64,000 nt of DNA, taken from assembly GCA_016178505.1 (NCBI GenBank), contig JACOTG010000048.1, positions 5,110-69,109 of the forward strand. Direction: 5' to 3'. A program made the position numbers and the translations under genes. The notes below the pieces were generated by a model. It worked only from the letters and a program-made list of their open reading frames with translations. It did not search any database and was not told where the DNA came from. Shown here one piece after another: positions 55,800 through 64,000 of this stretch (its first letter is position 1; each line of letters opens with the position of its first letter). Source of the DNA: Planctomycetota bacterium. GTDB lineage: Bacteria; Planctomycetota; JACOTG01.

Positions 55800-58046
55800 C
55801 TACCGCGTTTGCGCGCTCCCGGGCGTTGGATGCTCGACCGGAGTGGCGGCGCTTGCCGGTGGCGGTGCGAGGAGCGGGTGCTGCCATGGCGATTCGTCGA
55901 GCGCCTGAGTCATCGTCGAGAGGTATCGCGCGCAGTCCTCGACCGTGCGCTCCCACCAGCGGCTCGCACGGATGACGTCGCGCGTCTCCTCGGGGAACCG
56001 ATAGCGGATCAGGCGCGCGGGGTTGCCGGCGACGATCGCGAACTCAGGGACGTCCTTCGTCACAACGGCGCCGGCGCCGATCACCGCGCCGATGCCGACG
56101 TGCTTGCAGCCGGGCGTGAGGATCGCGCGCTCGCCGATCCACGCATCGTGGCCGATCTCGAGAGTTCCTGACTCGATCGTGTCTTCGGAAACGAGACCGA
56201 GCTGGCGATTGAAGAAGTACGGATGCGTCGAGAGTCGATCGATGGGATGGTTGCGCACGAAGACGCGCACGCCCGCCGCGATCGAAACGTACCGGCCGAT
56301 CCGGACGCCGCTCGGAAACGCGCCCGGCACCATGCACTCGCCGTAGCTGTACGCTCCGACATGAACGCCGTGGTACGCGGCCAGGATCTCGCGCGCCGTC
56401 GCCGAGCGAAAGGGACCTCCCTCCAGCTTCAGGCAAAGGTCCATGCAGACGTTCCTCAGACGCCGGAAGCGGTACGCGCGGAAGATCGCGTTTCCGAGGA
56501 GCGAGCGGCGCAGCTCGCCGGCGTCGCCGATCGAGGGCCGCGAGTCGGCGGCGGTCAACTCATCGTGAGAAGCCTTTCGGAGGATCTCCTCGGAACTCGC
56601 CCCGAGGAGGATCGCGCGGCAGTCGCGCCGGAACCAAGGGAAGACGCCGAGCATGCCGGCGACGAGCAGTGCGATGAGCAGCAGGGACAGGAGGATGGCA
56701 ACGACCCAATGCCGCTCGGCGACGCCGGCCGCTCCGAGCGCGGACGCGGCGACGATTCCTGCCGCGGCCACGAGCGCGGGCTTGAGACACCAGGCGATCC
56801 GGATTCCGTATTGCCGGCGCAGCCGCGCGACGCACACGACGAGCGCGAGCGCCTCACCGGCGACTCCGAACGCGGCAACCCACACGAGGCTCCCGCGTTC
56901 GGCGGCGACGGCCAGCACGCCCGCGAACGCGGTCGTGCGCGCGAGGTTCGACACGAGCGAGTTCTGCGTGTCGCCTCGCGCCATCGCCGCCAGAGTCGGA
57001 GCGACGCGAATCACTCGCAGGGCCTGCGTCGACGCGAGCAGCCCGATGAACAGACCAGCCGCGGCATAGTCCGCGCCGAACAATCGTGTCATCAACCATC
57101 CGCCGGCGACGATGAACGGAATGGCGAGCGTCCCACCCACGAGCGACAGCGTCAAAGCGCACAGCTCGTAGGCGCGCTCGAACGTCGCCGGCGTCGATTG
57201 CGCGCGCGAGAGGATGGGCAGGAGCAGCGACGAGAAGACGCGCGCGATCATCACGCTCGGCGCGAGCGTGAGCGAGAACGCGGCCGCGTAGACGCCGACC
57301 TCTTGAAGCGAGTAGCCGCTCGAATCGAACAGGCGACCCGCGGATCCGATGATGAAGATGTCGCCCTGGAAAATCAGGAACATGAGCGAGCCATTGATGA
57401 GGAGCGGCCAGCCGAATGCGAGGCTTCGCCGCGCGTAGCTCGGCACCCAACTCCAACCGTAGCGTCGTTCGGCGACGAGATGCGACGCGACCACGTAAGT
57501 CACCGCTTGCGCGAGAAGGATCCACACCATGGCCGAGTAGTCGCGCAGCAAGGCCCCGAGCGGCCAAGCGGCGAGCGTGACGACGACGCTCGACGCGACC
57601 TCGACGACGATTGCCGGCCTGAACATCATGCGGCGGTGCAGCCGGAACATGTCTAGGTGCGCGAAGCCCCTCACGAGCGGGATGGCGGCGAGCCAACGGA
57701 ACGCCCACGTCGCGTCCGGGACCGCGAGCAGGCTCGTGACGGGCGCGGCGAGAACGAAGGTCAACGCCGCGTTCACGACTCCACGGATCGCCTGCATCGC
57801 GTGCGCGGTGTCCACGAAGTGTGGCTCGTCGCCGTCCTCCGCCTGCACGAGGAACGCATCGATCGCGAGGTTGCTGATCATGTCGATCAGCAGGTAAGTG
57901 GTCGCGAACAGAGTGGCGACGCCGAAGTCGGGGGGGCCGATGAGCCGCGCGACGATGACGTTGCGAACGAACGAGAACGCCTGAGTGAGCACGTGTCCGC
58001 CCGCGAGCTCGAGCCCGCCACGCAGAATCCGCCGTCGCGCGCTCAT
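55800..58046 (-). CDS. MOP-superfamily polysaccharide flippase (Wzx-like) fused to a C-terminal hexapeptide-repeat acetyltransferase
   Basis: About 480 aa polytopic membrane domain, then a left-handed beta-helix acetyltransferase region (GECMVPGAFPSGVRIGRYVSIAAGVRVF...IGHDAWIGERAILTPGCKHVGIGAVIGAGAVVTKDVPEFAIVAGNPARLI). One uninterrupted ORF. Confidence 0.65.
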   Translation of the reverse strand: MSARRRILRGGLELAGGHVLTQAFSFVRNVIVARLIGPPDFGVATLFATTYLLIDMISNLAIDAFLVQAEDGDEPHFVDTAHAMQAIRGVVNAALTFVLAAPVTSLLAVPDATWAFRWLAAIPLVRGFAHLDMFRLHRRMMFRPAIVVEVASSVVVTLAAWPLGALLRDYSAMVWILLAQAVTYVVASHLVAERRYGWSWVPSYARRSLAFGWPLLINGSLMFLIFQGDIFIIGSAGRLFDSSGYSLQEVGVYAAAFSLTLAPSVMIARVFSSLLLPILSRAQSTPATFERAYELCALTLSLVGGTLAIPFIVAGGWLMTRLFGADYAAAGLFIGLLASTQALRVIRVAPTLAAMARGDTQNSLVSNLARTTAFAGVLAVAAERGSLVWVAAFGVAGEALALVVCVARLRRQYGIRIAWCLKPALVAAAGIVAASALGAAGVAERHWVVAILLSLLLIALLVAGMLGVFPWFRRDCRAILLGASSEEILRKASHDELTAADSRPSIGDAGELRRSLLGNAIFRAYRFRRLRNVCMDLCLKLEGGPFRSATAREILAAYHGVHVGAYSYGECMVPGAFPSGVRIGRYVSIAAGVRVFVRNHPIDRLSTHPYFFNRQLGLVSEDTIESGTLEIGHDAWIGERAILTPGCKHVGIGAVIGAGAVVTKDVPEFAIVAGNPARLIRYRFPEETRDVIRASRWWERTVEDCARYLSTMTQALDESPWQHPLLAPPPASAATPVEHPTPGSAQTR

Positions 58047-58047
58047 C

Positions 58048-59394
58048 TCACGCCATCCTCGCGCTCTGGAGGCGCCGCGGGCGCGCCTGAGTCGTCGTCT
58101 GCGGGCTTCGGCGCGCCGAAACGGGCGCGAGCGTGGCGATCATCGCAAGAACCAGATTCCAGACGAAGATGATCTGGCCGAAGTAGGAGACTGCAAGGAA
58201 GTTCGTCACGTGGACGAAAAGCGAGGCCCCGAGTGCCCACGCGATCGCGACCTTCCATGGCGGCCCCGGGAGCGCGCGCCACGCGCGACCCACGGCCTGG
58301 AAGCCGAGCGAGATCACGATCACGAACAAGACCAGGCCGACGAGTCCGCCACGCACGGCCTCGAGGACGAACTGGTTCGTGACGTCGAACAACCCGTCGC
58401 CCCAGTGTTCGGTGTCGAGAGTGCCCGCGACGAACCACTCGCCGAAGTTCCGGATCGTTTGATCGATGAGGAGGAATCGATGATAGCCCGTCGAGCCATC
58501 GACCACGTCGACGCGCGCGAGCAGATGCCACACGGGTTGCTTCATCACCAGGTGGAGACCGATGAGACCGGCGAGCAATCCCCACCGCACGAGCCGCATC
58601 CAGCGTCGCGCGAGCCACGCCACGAGACCGACGGCTGCGAACAGGCATGCCGTCACCGGCGTGCTCGAGCTGCAGGTGACGATCACGATCGCCGACGCGG
58701 CGACCCCGATCGCAGCGAGCACCGTCGCCGCCTTTCCCTGGAAGCCGCGCGCGATGACGAGGGGCAGGAGCCCCGCCCAAAAGCACCCCGCAAGGATCGG
58801 GTGTGCGAAGGCGCCTTGGCAGCGAAGTCGTCCCTCGCGGACGACCGTGATCTCCGGCACGCCGCCGAACACGGAGAACGCATTGCGACCGGTAGTCTTC
58901 TCGACGAGAAACGCGATCGCGACCGGGATGCTCACGAGCGTGAAGGCGAGAATCACGCGGTCGAAGTCCCTCCACTCGCGGAGAAGGAAGCGGAAGAGGA
59001 AGTACATCCCGAGCGAGTCGAACATCACGCCGAGGATGTAGACGAGATCGCTGAACGCGCCGTGAAGCGCGGTGTACGCGACCGTCGTCGCGCCGGCCCA
59101 CAGCACGATCATCGTGTCGATCGGCTTCCAGGTGAGTCCTTGCATTTCGCCGCGGAAGACGAGGCGCATGAAGCCGCACACGACCATCACTCGAAGGAGA
59201 TCGAAGTCGAGCGTGAAGAGGACGATTCGCTGCGCGGGCGCGATGAAGCACGCCATCAGGATCATGGGAACGAGCGCGAAGCGGCGCGGCACGACGAGCA
59301 TCGTGAACCCGAGTACGAGGACGGCCGCCAGACCGAGCGGATGCAGGGTGGTCGTGTTGTCGTACTCGTGGTGACCGAACGCGGAGTCTTGCAT
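58048..59394 (-). CDS. O-antigen ligase/polymerase-like (Wzy-type) polytopic membrane protein
   Basis: 448 aa with about 10-12 transmembrane helices and a large loop. The alternative-frame ORF 58043..59449 is Arg-rich junk. Confidence 0.5.
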   Translation of the reverse strand: MQDSAFGHHEYDNTTTLHPLGLAAVLVLGFTMLVVPRRFALVPMILMACFIAPAQRIVLFTLDFDLLRVMVVCGFMRLVFRGEMQGLTWKPIDTMIVLWAGATTVAYTALHGAFSDLVYILGVMFDSLGMYFLFRFLLREWRDFDRVILAFTLVSIPVAIAFLVEKTTGRNAFSVFGGVPEITVVREGRLRCQGAFAHPILAGCFWAGLLPLVIARGFQGKAATVLAAIGVAASAIVIVTCSSSTPVTACLFAAVGLVAWLARRWMRLVRWGLLAGLIGLHLVMKQPVWHLLARVDVVDGSTGYHRFLLIDQTIRNFGEWFVAGTLDTEHWGDGLFDVTNQFVLEAVRGGLVGLVLFVIVISLGFQAVGRAWRALPGPPWKVAIAWALGASLFVHVTNFLAVSYFGQIIFVWNLVLAMIATLAPVSARRSPQTTTQARPRRLQSARMA

Positions 59395-59396
59395 GG

Positions 59397-60701
59397 TCAG
59401 GGCGTGACGGCCGTCGTCTCCCGCGCACGAGGCGGAACGTACGGCTCACAGGTCAGACGCTGTCGCAGCTTCTTCGTGAAGACACGCTTCGCCGTTCCGT
59501 AGAAGGACTGCGCCTTCTCCTTCAGAGAGAGCTGCGTCCACCAGGTCCAAAAGAGCGGGAACCGGTCGAAGCGCGGCGCGGCCGCGCCGAAGAGCCGGCA
59601 CGTCAGCGTCCGACCCCAGACGGCGCCGCGCGTTCGCGCGAGCTCGCGCTGCGACGCCGGAAGGATCGCGGGATCGGCGCGATCGAGCCGCAAGTAGCCC
59701 GCATCTCGCGCCGCGGCGACCGCACGGCGTCCGCGCTCGCTGCGCACGAGCACGAGCGAACGACCCGGTTCGCCCGCGCGAATCTTCCGGTACCAGGGAT
59801 CGCCCACCGAGACGTCGGCGAACTCGCCCGTGTGATCGGCGCACACGTAGCACCGCCACTGCCGATGCTTTTCGAGGACGCCGCCCCACGACTGGTCGTA
59901 CGTCAGCTCGCGTGTCTCCTCACCCGCCTCCGTCCGGAATCGAACGGCGGCCTTGCCCGGCCAACCCATCCCGCGATAGCGCACGCTCACGACGCTCTCG
60001 GGATCGTCGATGCCCATGCGCCGGATCATCTCGAGCGTGCCTCGGGTGGATGGGGTGCCCGCGCAGAAGAACGCGATGGTCAGCCCGAGCTTCTCGTCGA
60101 GTTTCGGGCGAATCGCGCGCGCCTTGACGGTGGCTGCGACGTCGCAGGGTTTACCGATGAAGACGCACGGTCGTGGTGCCTCTTCGACGAGATGCAGTTC
60201 GTCGCAGGGGCTCGCGGGCGCGTAGCGCGATCCCGTCGCCGCGAGGATCTCCTCGCGCGACGTGCTGAGCACCGTGCGGTTCAGGTATGGAACGTCCGGG
60301 CGCGCGGCGACGTGGAGGACGCCGTGCATGTCTGCGCGTTCGATGCAGAAGAGCGCGAGCGCGCTTGCGGCTCCGCCGCTCGACGACGCCCAGCGGATCT
60401 CCGGATCGACGGCGTGACCTTCCCACACCTCGAGCACCGGCCCCCACGTGGGCAGCAGCTCGCGGATGACTTCGGGCGCGCGCTTCTCCCGCGGATGTTC
60501 GAGTCCGACGCCGGGACAGACCTTCAGCGCGTCCGCCGTACGTGAGGCTTCGCCGAGCGCGTTTTTCAGCCGGGGTCGTCGACCTTGGTCGAGGACGTCG
60601 ATCATCTCGATCTCGCCCGGGCACGCGTAAGCGCACGCGCCGCATCCGCAGCAGAGCTGCCTTGCAGCGACCTCGCCGACGTCACGGAACGTCGATCTCA
60701 C
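59397..60701 (-). CDS. coenzyme F420 hydrogenase/dehydrogenase beta-subunit-like (FrhB-family) Fe-S protein
   Basis: CCGCGACAYACP 4Fe-4S motif, then the FrhB-like N and C domains. GTG start with RBS AAGGAG, internal to the 561-aa six-frame ORF. Confidence 0.6.
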   Translation of the reverse strand: MRSTFRDVGEVAARQLCCGCGACAYACPGEIEMIDVLDQGRRPRLKNALGEASRTADALKVCPGVGLEHPREKRAPEVIRELLPTWGPVLEVWEGHAVDPEIRWASSSGGAASALALFCIERADMHGVLHVAARPDVPYLNRTVLSTSREEILAATGSRYAPASPCDELHLVEEAPRPCVFIGKPCDVAATVKARAIRPKLDEKLGLTIAFFCAGTPSTRGTLEMIRRMGIDDPESVVSVRYRGMGWPGKAAVRFRTEAGEETRELTYDQSWGGVLEKHRQWRCYVCADHTGEFADVSVGDPWYRKIRAGEPGRSLVLVRSERGRRAVAAARDAGYLRLDRADPAILPASQRELARTRGAVWGRTLTCRLFGAAAPRFDRFPLFWTWWTQLSLKEKAQSFYGTAKRVFTKKLRQRLTCEPYVPPRARETTAVTP

Positions 60702-60735
60702 GATTGCGTCTCCCGCTCCTTCTTCTGATGTCGGA

Positions 60736-62112
60736 TCAGAAGCTGGCCGCCGTCGAACGCGGCTCGGTCGAGCGAAGCCGTAGGTTCCCGTTGGTGTTCG
60801 GCTCCTGACTTTCGACGAGAGGGCGCGACACACCCAGAATGTCGTCCATCTGCGATTCGGCTTGCCTGACGATTCCCGGAGCAGCGGCAGCGAGGCGTTC
60901 TTTCGTCGCCGTGCGCTCGCACCACGAGCACCAAAGGCTCTCGATGATCTCTTCCGTGTCGAGCCAACGCGGATCCGCAACACGGTCGCCTTGGCCGCAC
61001 GTCTCGAACACGCCAAGTGCCTTCGAGCTATAGGCGATTGCAGACGTCGGAACGCCCGCGGAAAGCGCGGCGATGGTCGCATGCATTCGCGTGCCGCAGA
61101 ACCAGTCGAGCTTGGAGATCACCCACTTCGCTTCGCGCGGATCCGCGAGAGGAGGCATCACGGCCAAGCGTTCGCGGCCATACGGCGCGAGGAGTTTGCA
61201 GAGGTCGTCGCAGGCGTCCACGTCGGACTCGTAGTGGCCGGGCGGCGTGACCACGTGCGGGACGAGCAGCACGTTCACGTCGCTCTGTTCGAGCAGCCGG
61301 ACGAGGAACGAGGTGACGGCCCGCCGGTAGTCGGCGAGAAGTCGATACCGCCGCGCCGAGCCCGCCGGGTCGTTGTAGATGAGACCGCTCACGTTGAAGC
61401 CGGCGATTCTTCGCCCGCGCTCGAGTCGAGACTTCAGCCACGAATCGATTGGCTGAGAGAGGGGTGTCGAAGGTCGGCGAGGCTCGAGGGCGAAAGCGAC
61501 GTCGACTCCGCTGCGATGACGATCGGGGGCAAAGTCCTCGCCCGCCAGTTCACGGAGTCGTTCGAAGCTTTGCCGGTCTCGAGCCCACGCCGTATTTGCA
61601 CTGCGGACGATTCGTTGAGCCGTGCGCCGAATGCGATCGGACGAGAACGGACCGTAGGTCTGAGGCAAGAGCACGAGCGAGCTCCGTGATTCGAGCGCAA
61701 GGCGCTTCGGCATGACGACGGCCTCGAACCGGTCGATCCCGTAGAGGTCGGTGAAGCTGTCACCGCCGCTCGCGTCGAGCACGACGTCGGCCTCGGCAAC
61801 GGCGCGCGCGCCGGCGTTCGCGAGCCCGCCGAACCATCCGCACACGCGCATGTTCCAGAAGCTTTCCGGGCGATAGAAGCGCCGCGAGTAGCGTGCTCCA
61901 CAAAGTTCGTAGGAAAAGTCTCGCCCGTCGATCGACGTGCTTGCCGGCCGGACTCCCCAGCCGTTGTCGAACACCGTGAGACGTGCCTGAGGAAGGCGGC
62001 GCGCGATCGCCGTGATCGCCGAAAGGCACAAAGCGGAAACGCCCAAGTTCCCCGTGTCGGGAGCCGCGCCGAAGAGGCAGATCCGACGACGATCCGATGA
62101 TGATGAACGCAT
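60736..62112 (-). CDS. polysaccharide pyruvyl transferase family protein
   Basis: ICLFGAAPDTGNLGVSALCLSAI N-terminal motif of PS_pyruv_trans. Start at Met71 with RBS AGGAG. Confidence 0.65.
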   Translation of the reverse strand: MRSSSSDRRRICLFGAAPDTGNLGVSALCLSAITAIARRLPQARLTVFDNGWGVRPASTSIDGRDFSYELCGARYSRRFYRPESFWNMRVCGWFGGLANAGARAVAEADVVLDASGGDSFTDLYGIDRFEAVVMPKRLALESRSSLVLLPQTYGPFSSDRIRRTAQRIVRSANTAWARDRQSFERLRELAGEDFAPDRHRSGVDVAFALEPRRPSTPLSQPIDSWLKSRLERGRRIAGFNVSGLIYNDPAGSARRYRLLADYRRAVTSFLVRLLEQSDVNVLLVPHVVTPPGHYESDVDACDDLCKLLAPYGRERLAVMPPLADPREAKWVISKLDWFCGTRMHATIAALSAGVPTSAIAYSSKALGVFETCGQGDRVADPRWLDTEEIIESLWCSWCERTATKERLAAAAPGIVRQAESQMDDILGVSRPLVESQEPNTNGNLRLRSTEPRSTAASF

Positions 62113-62307
62113 GTGTTTCGATGACTCCTGATGTTGCCGCGAGAACTCGGATGGACACTCAAGCGAATCAGGTGCCGCGAAAGGTCCGGCTGGCGACGGC
62201 CGTTTCTCGGGCTGCCGGAGCGGCCTGGCTCGTTTTTTGATCCATCTCGCCGGTTTTCGAGGATTGGCAGAGAAATCGGAAATGCGCACACGTGCGCTCG
62301 GCGGCGA

Positions 62308-64000
62308 ATGGAGATTTTGCACATCACTCGTCCGGTAGGAACGTCGGCGCCATCGCGCCCGCTCGAGGTCGGCGTGGCGACGTCGTTCAACGGGCGTGCG
62401 GCGTCAGGGACGCCGGGCCCGCTCGAGGTCCTCGTCGCGACGTCGCTCGACGGACTTCCTGCGGTTCGGGCTGATTGGCTTTGCGTGCGGGCGCGCCGCG
62501 GAATCACGACCCCCAACACCGACCCGGACTGCTTCGAAAAGACGCTTCCGGCGCTGGGGCCCGGGGTGCGGCCCTACGTTGCGGTCTTCCGGAACGGACT
62601 GGGTCCGCGGGCCATCGTCATCGGCCGAATCGTCGAGCGGCCGGTCTTGTGCCGGTGGGGCTACCTCAATTTCAGGACGCCGCGCCTGCGTTGCCTCGAG
62701 ATCGTGTACGGCGGGCTCATCACCGACGGCGATCGAAGCGCCTGTGCGGCCGTCGCTCATCACCTGCGCGGCCTGCTCGAGACCGGCGTCGTCGAGCACA
62801 TGATGATCAACCATCTCGACCTCAGCGACCCCATGTACGCGGAGGTCTCCGGCCGCGGTGCCATCCACGAGATCATCGAGCCACACTGGATCACGCGGGC
62901 GGTCCCCGGCTCGTTCGAGCAGACGATGTGGCACCACAAGTCGAAGACGAGGCGGAATCTGCGTCGCTTGGACAAGAAGCTCATGGAGCACTTCGGCGGC
63001 GACGCAACGCTGCGAATTTACACTCGCCCTGAAGAAGTCGGGTCGTTTCTTACCGATGCCGCGGACATCTCCAAGCACACGTATCAAGCGGGCCTCGGGG
63101 CCGCGGTGATGGATGATCCCAAGTGGCGGACGATCCTCGATGCCCTCGCGCAGGGCTCTTACTTCCAGTCCTATGTCCTGGTCGCTGGGGGTCGCCCCAT
63201 CGCGTATCAGCAAGGAAGTCGATCGAAGGACGTGCTCATTCTCGGCCCGACCGGCTACCTGCCGCAGTACCGCAGCCTGAGCCCCGGGACGGTGCTGTAC
63301 ATCCGCATCCTCAAGCATCTTTGCGACGAGGGATTCACGGTATGCGATTGGGGATTCGGCGACGCGGACTACAAGCGAATCAATGCGACCGAGTACTGGA
63401 AGGAAACGACGTTGAACTTCTACGGTCGTGGCCTCCGGCCGGGGATCGCGCGCATTCTCGATGTCTCGGTTCTCGCGGCGGCGCGACTGACGGGGCGTGC
63501 CGCGGAATCCGTCGGGCTCGCAGACCGAATCAAGCGTCGATGGCGCTCGCGACTCTCTGCGGATGCGCCGAACGGATCGGACCCGGCGGCCGCCGGTCCC
63601 TCGGTTGCCGCGATCCGACGATCGCCCACGCCCGAGCGGGCGTCGGCTCTCGCGTCGATGCCGCTCGCTCGAGCCGAGCGTCCGTCGGTTGAAGTCGCGA
63701 TCTCGCATGCGGACGTGGAGGCGACGCGCTCGGACTGGCTTTCGCTCCGCAAACGGCACGGCGTTGCGACGCCGAACTCGGACCCCGATCGCTACCTCGC
63801 CGCTCTGCGCGCGATGGGCGATGACGTGCAACCGCACGTCTCGATCTTCCGAGACGGCGGAGCCGTTCGCGCACTCGTCGTCGGGAGGACGACCCGCCGG
63901 CGGATCCGTTGCGATTTCGGATATGCACGCCTTTCCACGCCGTCCCTTCGCTGCCTCGACGTCGTCTACGGCGGGCTCATCACCGACAAGAGCCCGGCTA
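62308..64000 (+). CDS. CelD/FemAB-like GNAT-fold acyltransferase with an internal tandem duplication (3' end beyond the window)
   Basis: Frame 1 (positions ≡1 mod 3) is open from 62122 to the window end and is absent from the six-frame track because it has no stop. Two homologous units share ...LRCLEIVYGGLITD (62690) and LRCLDVVYGGLITD (63960). The start is probably ATG 62308. Confidence 0.55.
   Translation, partial: MEILHITRPVGTSAPSRPLEVGVATSFNGRAASGTPGPLEVLVATSLDGLPAVRADWLCVRARRGITTPNTDPDCFEKTLPALGPGVRPYVAVFRNGLGPRAIVIGRIVERPVLCRWGYLNFRTPRLRCLEIVYGGLITDGDRSACAAVAHHLRGLLETGVVEHMMINHLDLSDPMYAEVSGRGAIHEIIEPHWITRAVPGSFEQTMWHHKSKTRRNLRRLDKKLMEHFGGDATLRIYTRPEEVGSFLTDAADISKHTYQAGLGAAVMDDPKWRTILDALAQGSYFQSYVLVAGGRPIAYQQGSRSKDVLILGPTGYLPQYRSLSPGTVLYIRILKHLCDEGFTVCDWGFGDADYKRINATEYWKETTLNFYGRGLRPGIARILDVSVLAAARLTGRAAESVGLADRIKRRWRSRLSADAPNGSDPAAAGPSVAAIRRSPTPERASALASMPLARAERPSVEVAISHADVEATRSDWLSLRKRHGVATPNSDPDRYLAALRAMGDDVQPHVSIFRDGGAVRALVVGRTTRRRIRCDFGYARLSTPSLRCLDVVYGGLITDKSPA

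Noticed and set aside
1-64000. Search for CRISPR arrays, rRNA or tRNA genes, transposases and integrases.
   Set aside because: I saw no periodic short direct repeats, no cloverleaf-like conserved tRNA boxes in intergenic regions, and no DDE or tyrosine-recombinase-like ORFs. A tRNAscan or Infernal run is needed to be certain.
48110-64000. Calling the locus an exosortase (XrtA)/PEP-CTERM system.
   Set aside because: No exosortase-like 8-TM protein and no PEP-CTERM sorting signal are visible in this window. I left it as a resemblance in gene content only.

Overview
High-GC (about 68-70%) bacterial chromosomal segment, very likely from a Gram-negative with an extensive envelope and secretome. 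The gene content is Planctomycetota-like, but that is a guess. In a sequence this GC-rich, most long Arg/Ala-rich alternative-frame ORFs are artefacts. I call about 47 genes.

Main blocks, in order:
1. 1-5.2 kb: a partial TetR-family regulator, a DUF1326 lipoprotein, a small protein plus a nucleotidyltransferase-fold protein, and an 843-aa GmrSD-like (DUF262/DUF1524) type IV restriction-family protein sitting in a lower-GC island.
2. 5.3-9.5 kb: a blaI-type repressor and a BlaR1-like M56 peptidase fused to terpene-cyclase-like repeats, with a perfect palindromic candidate operator upstream and a canonical terminator.
3. 9.8-20 kb: housekeeping and envelope genes (DJ-1/PfpI, a secreted TPR protein, the Kup K+ transporter, a DUF1624 membrane acyltransferase, a tandem VOC protein, a membrane protein with eight DnaJ-type CxxCxGxG zinc fingers, and a VKOR fused to two DsbA domains).
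4. 20-31.5 kb: the most unusual block. It holds two single-polypeptide ECF sigma factors fused through a transmembrane helix to large extracytoplasmic domains, one built from carboxypeptidase-regulatory-like (CarbopepD_reg) repeats. A sigma-less membrane paralogue of the same repeat architecture, an esterase and a secreted beta-propeller protein sit alongside.
5. 33.6-45.6 kb: a priming sugar transferase with an extra N-terminal domain, an FAD flavoprotein, and a tightly translationally coupled 7-gene operon: SDR, alpha/beta hydrolase, GH3-family amido synthetase, MR/MLE enolase-superfamily enzyme, ACP, acyl-CoA/ACP ligase and a UbiD-family decarboxylase. I read this as a candidate uncharacterised acyl-conjugate or small-molecule pathway.
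6. 48-64 kb: an exopolysaccharide locus. It has Alg14/Alg13-like glycosyltransferase subunits, two CE4 deacetylases, a GT2, a GT4, an AsnB-type amidotransferase, a frameshifted ORF6N gene, a Wzx-like flippase fused to a hexapeptide acetyltransferase, a Wzy-like membrane protein, an FrhB-like Fe-S protein, a polysaccharide pyruvyl transferase and a tandemly duplicated CelD/FemAB-like GNAT gene running off the 3' end.

I found no rRNA, tRNA, CRISPR array or clear transposase.
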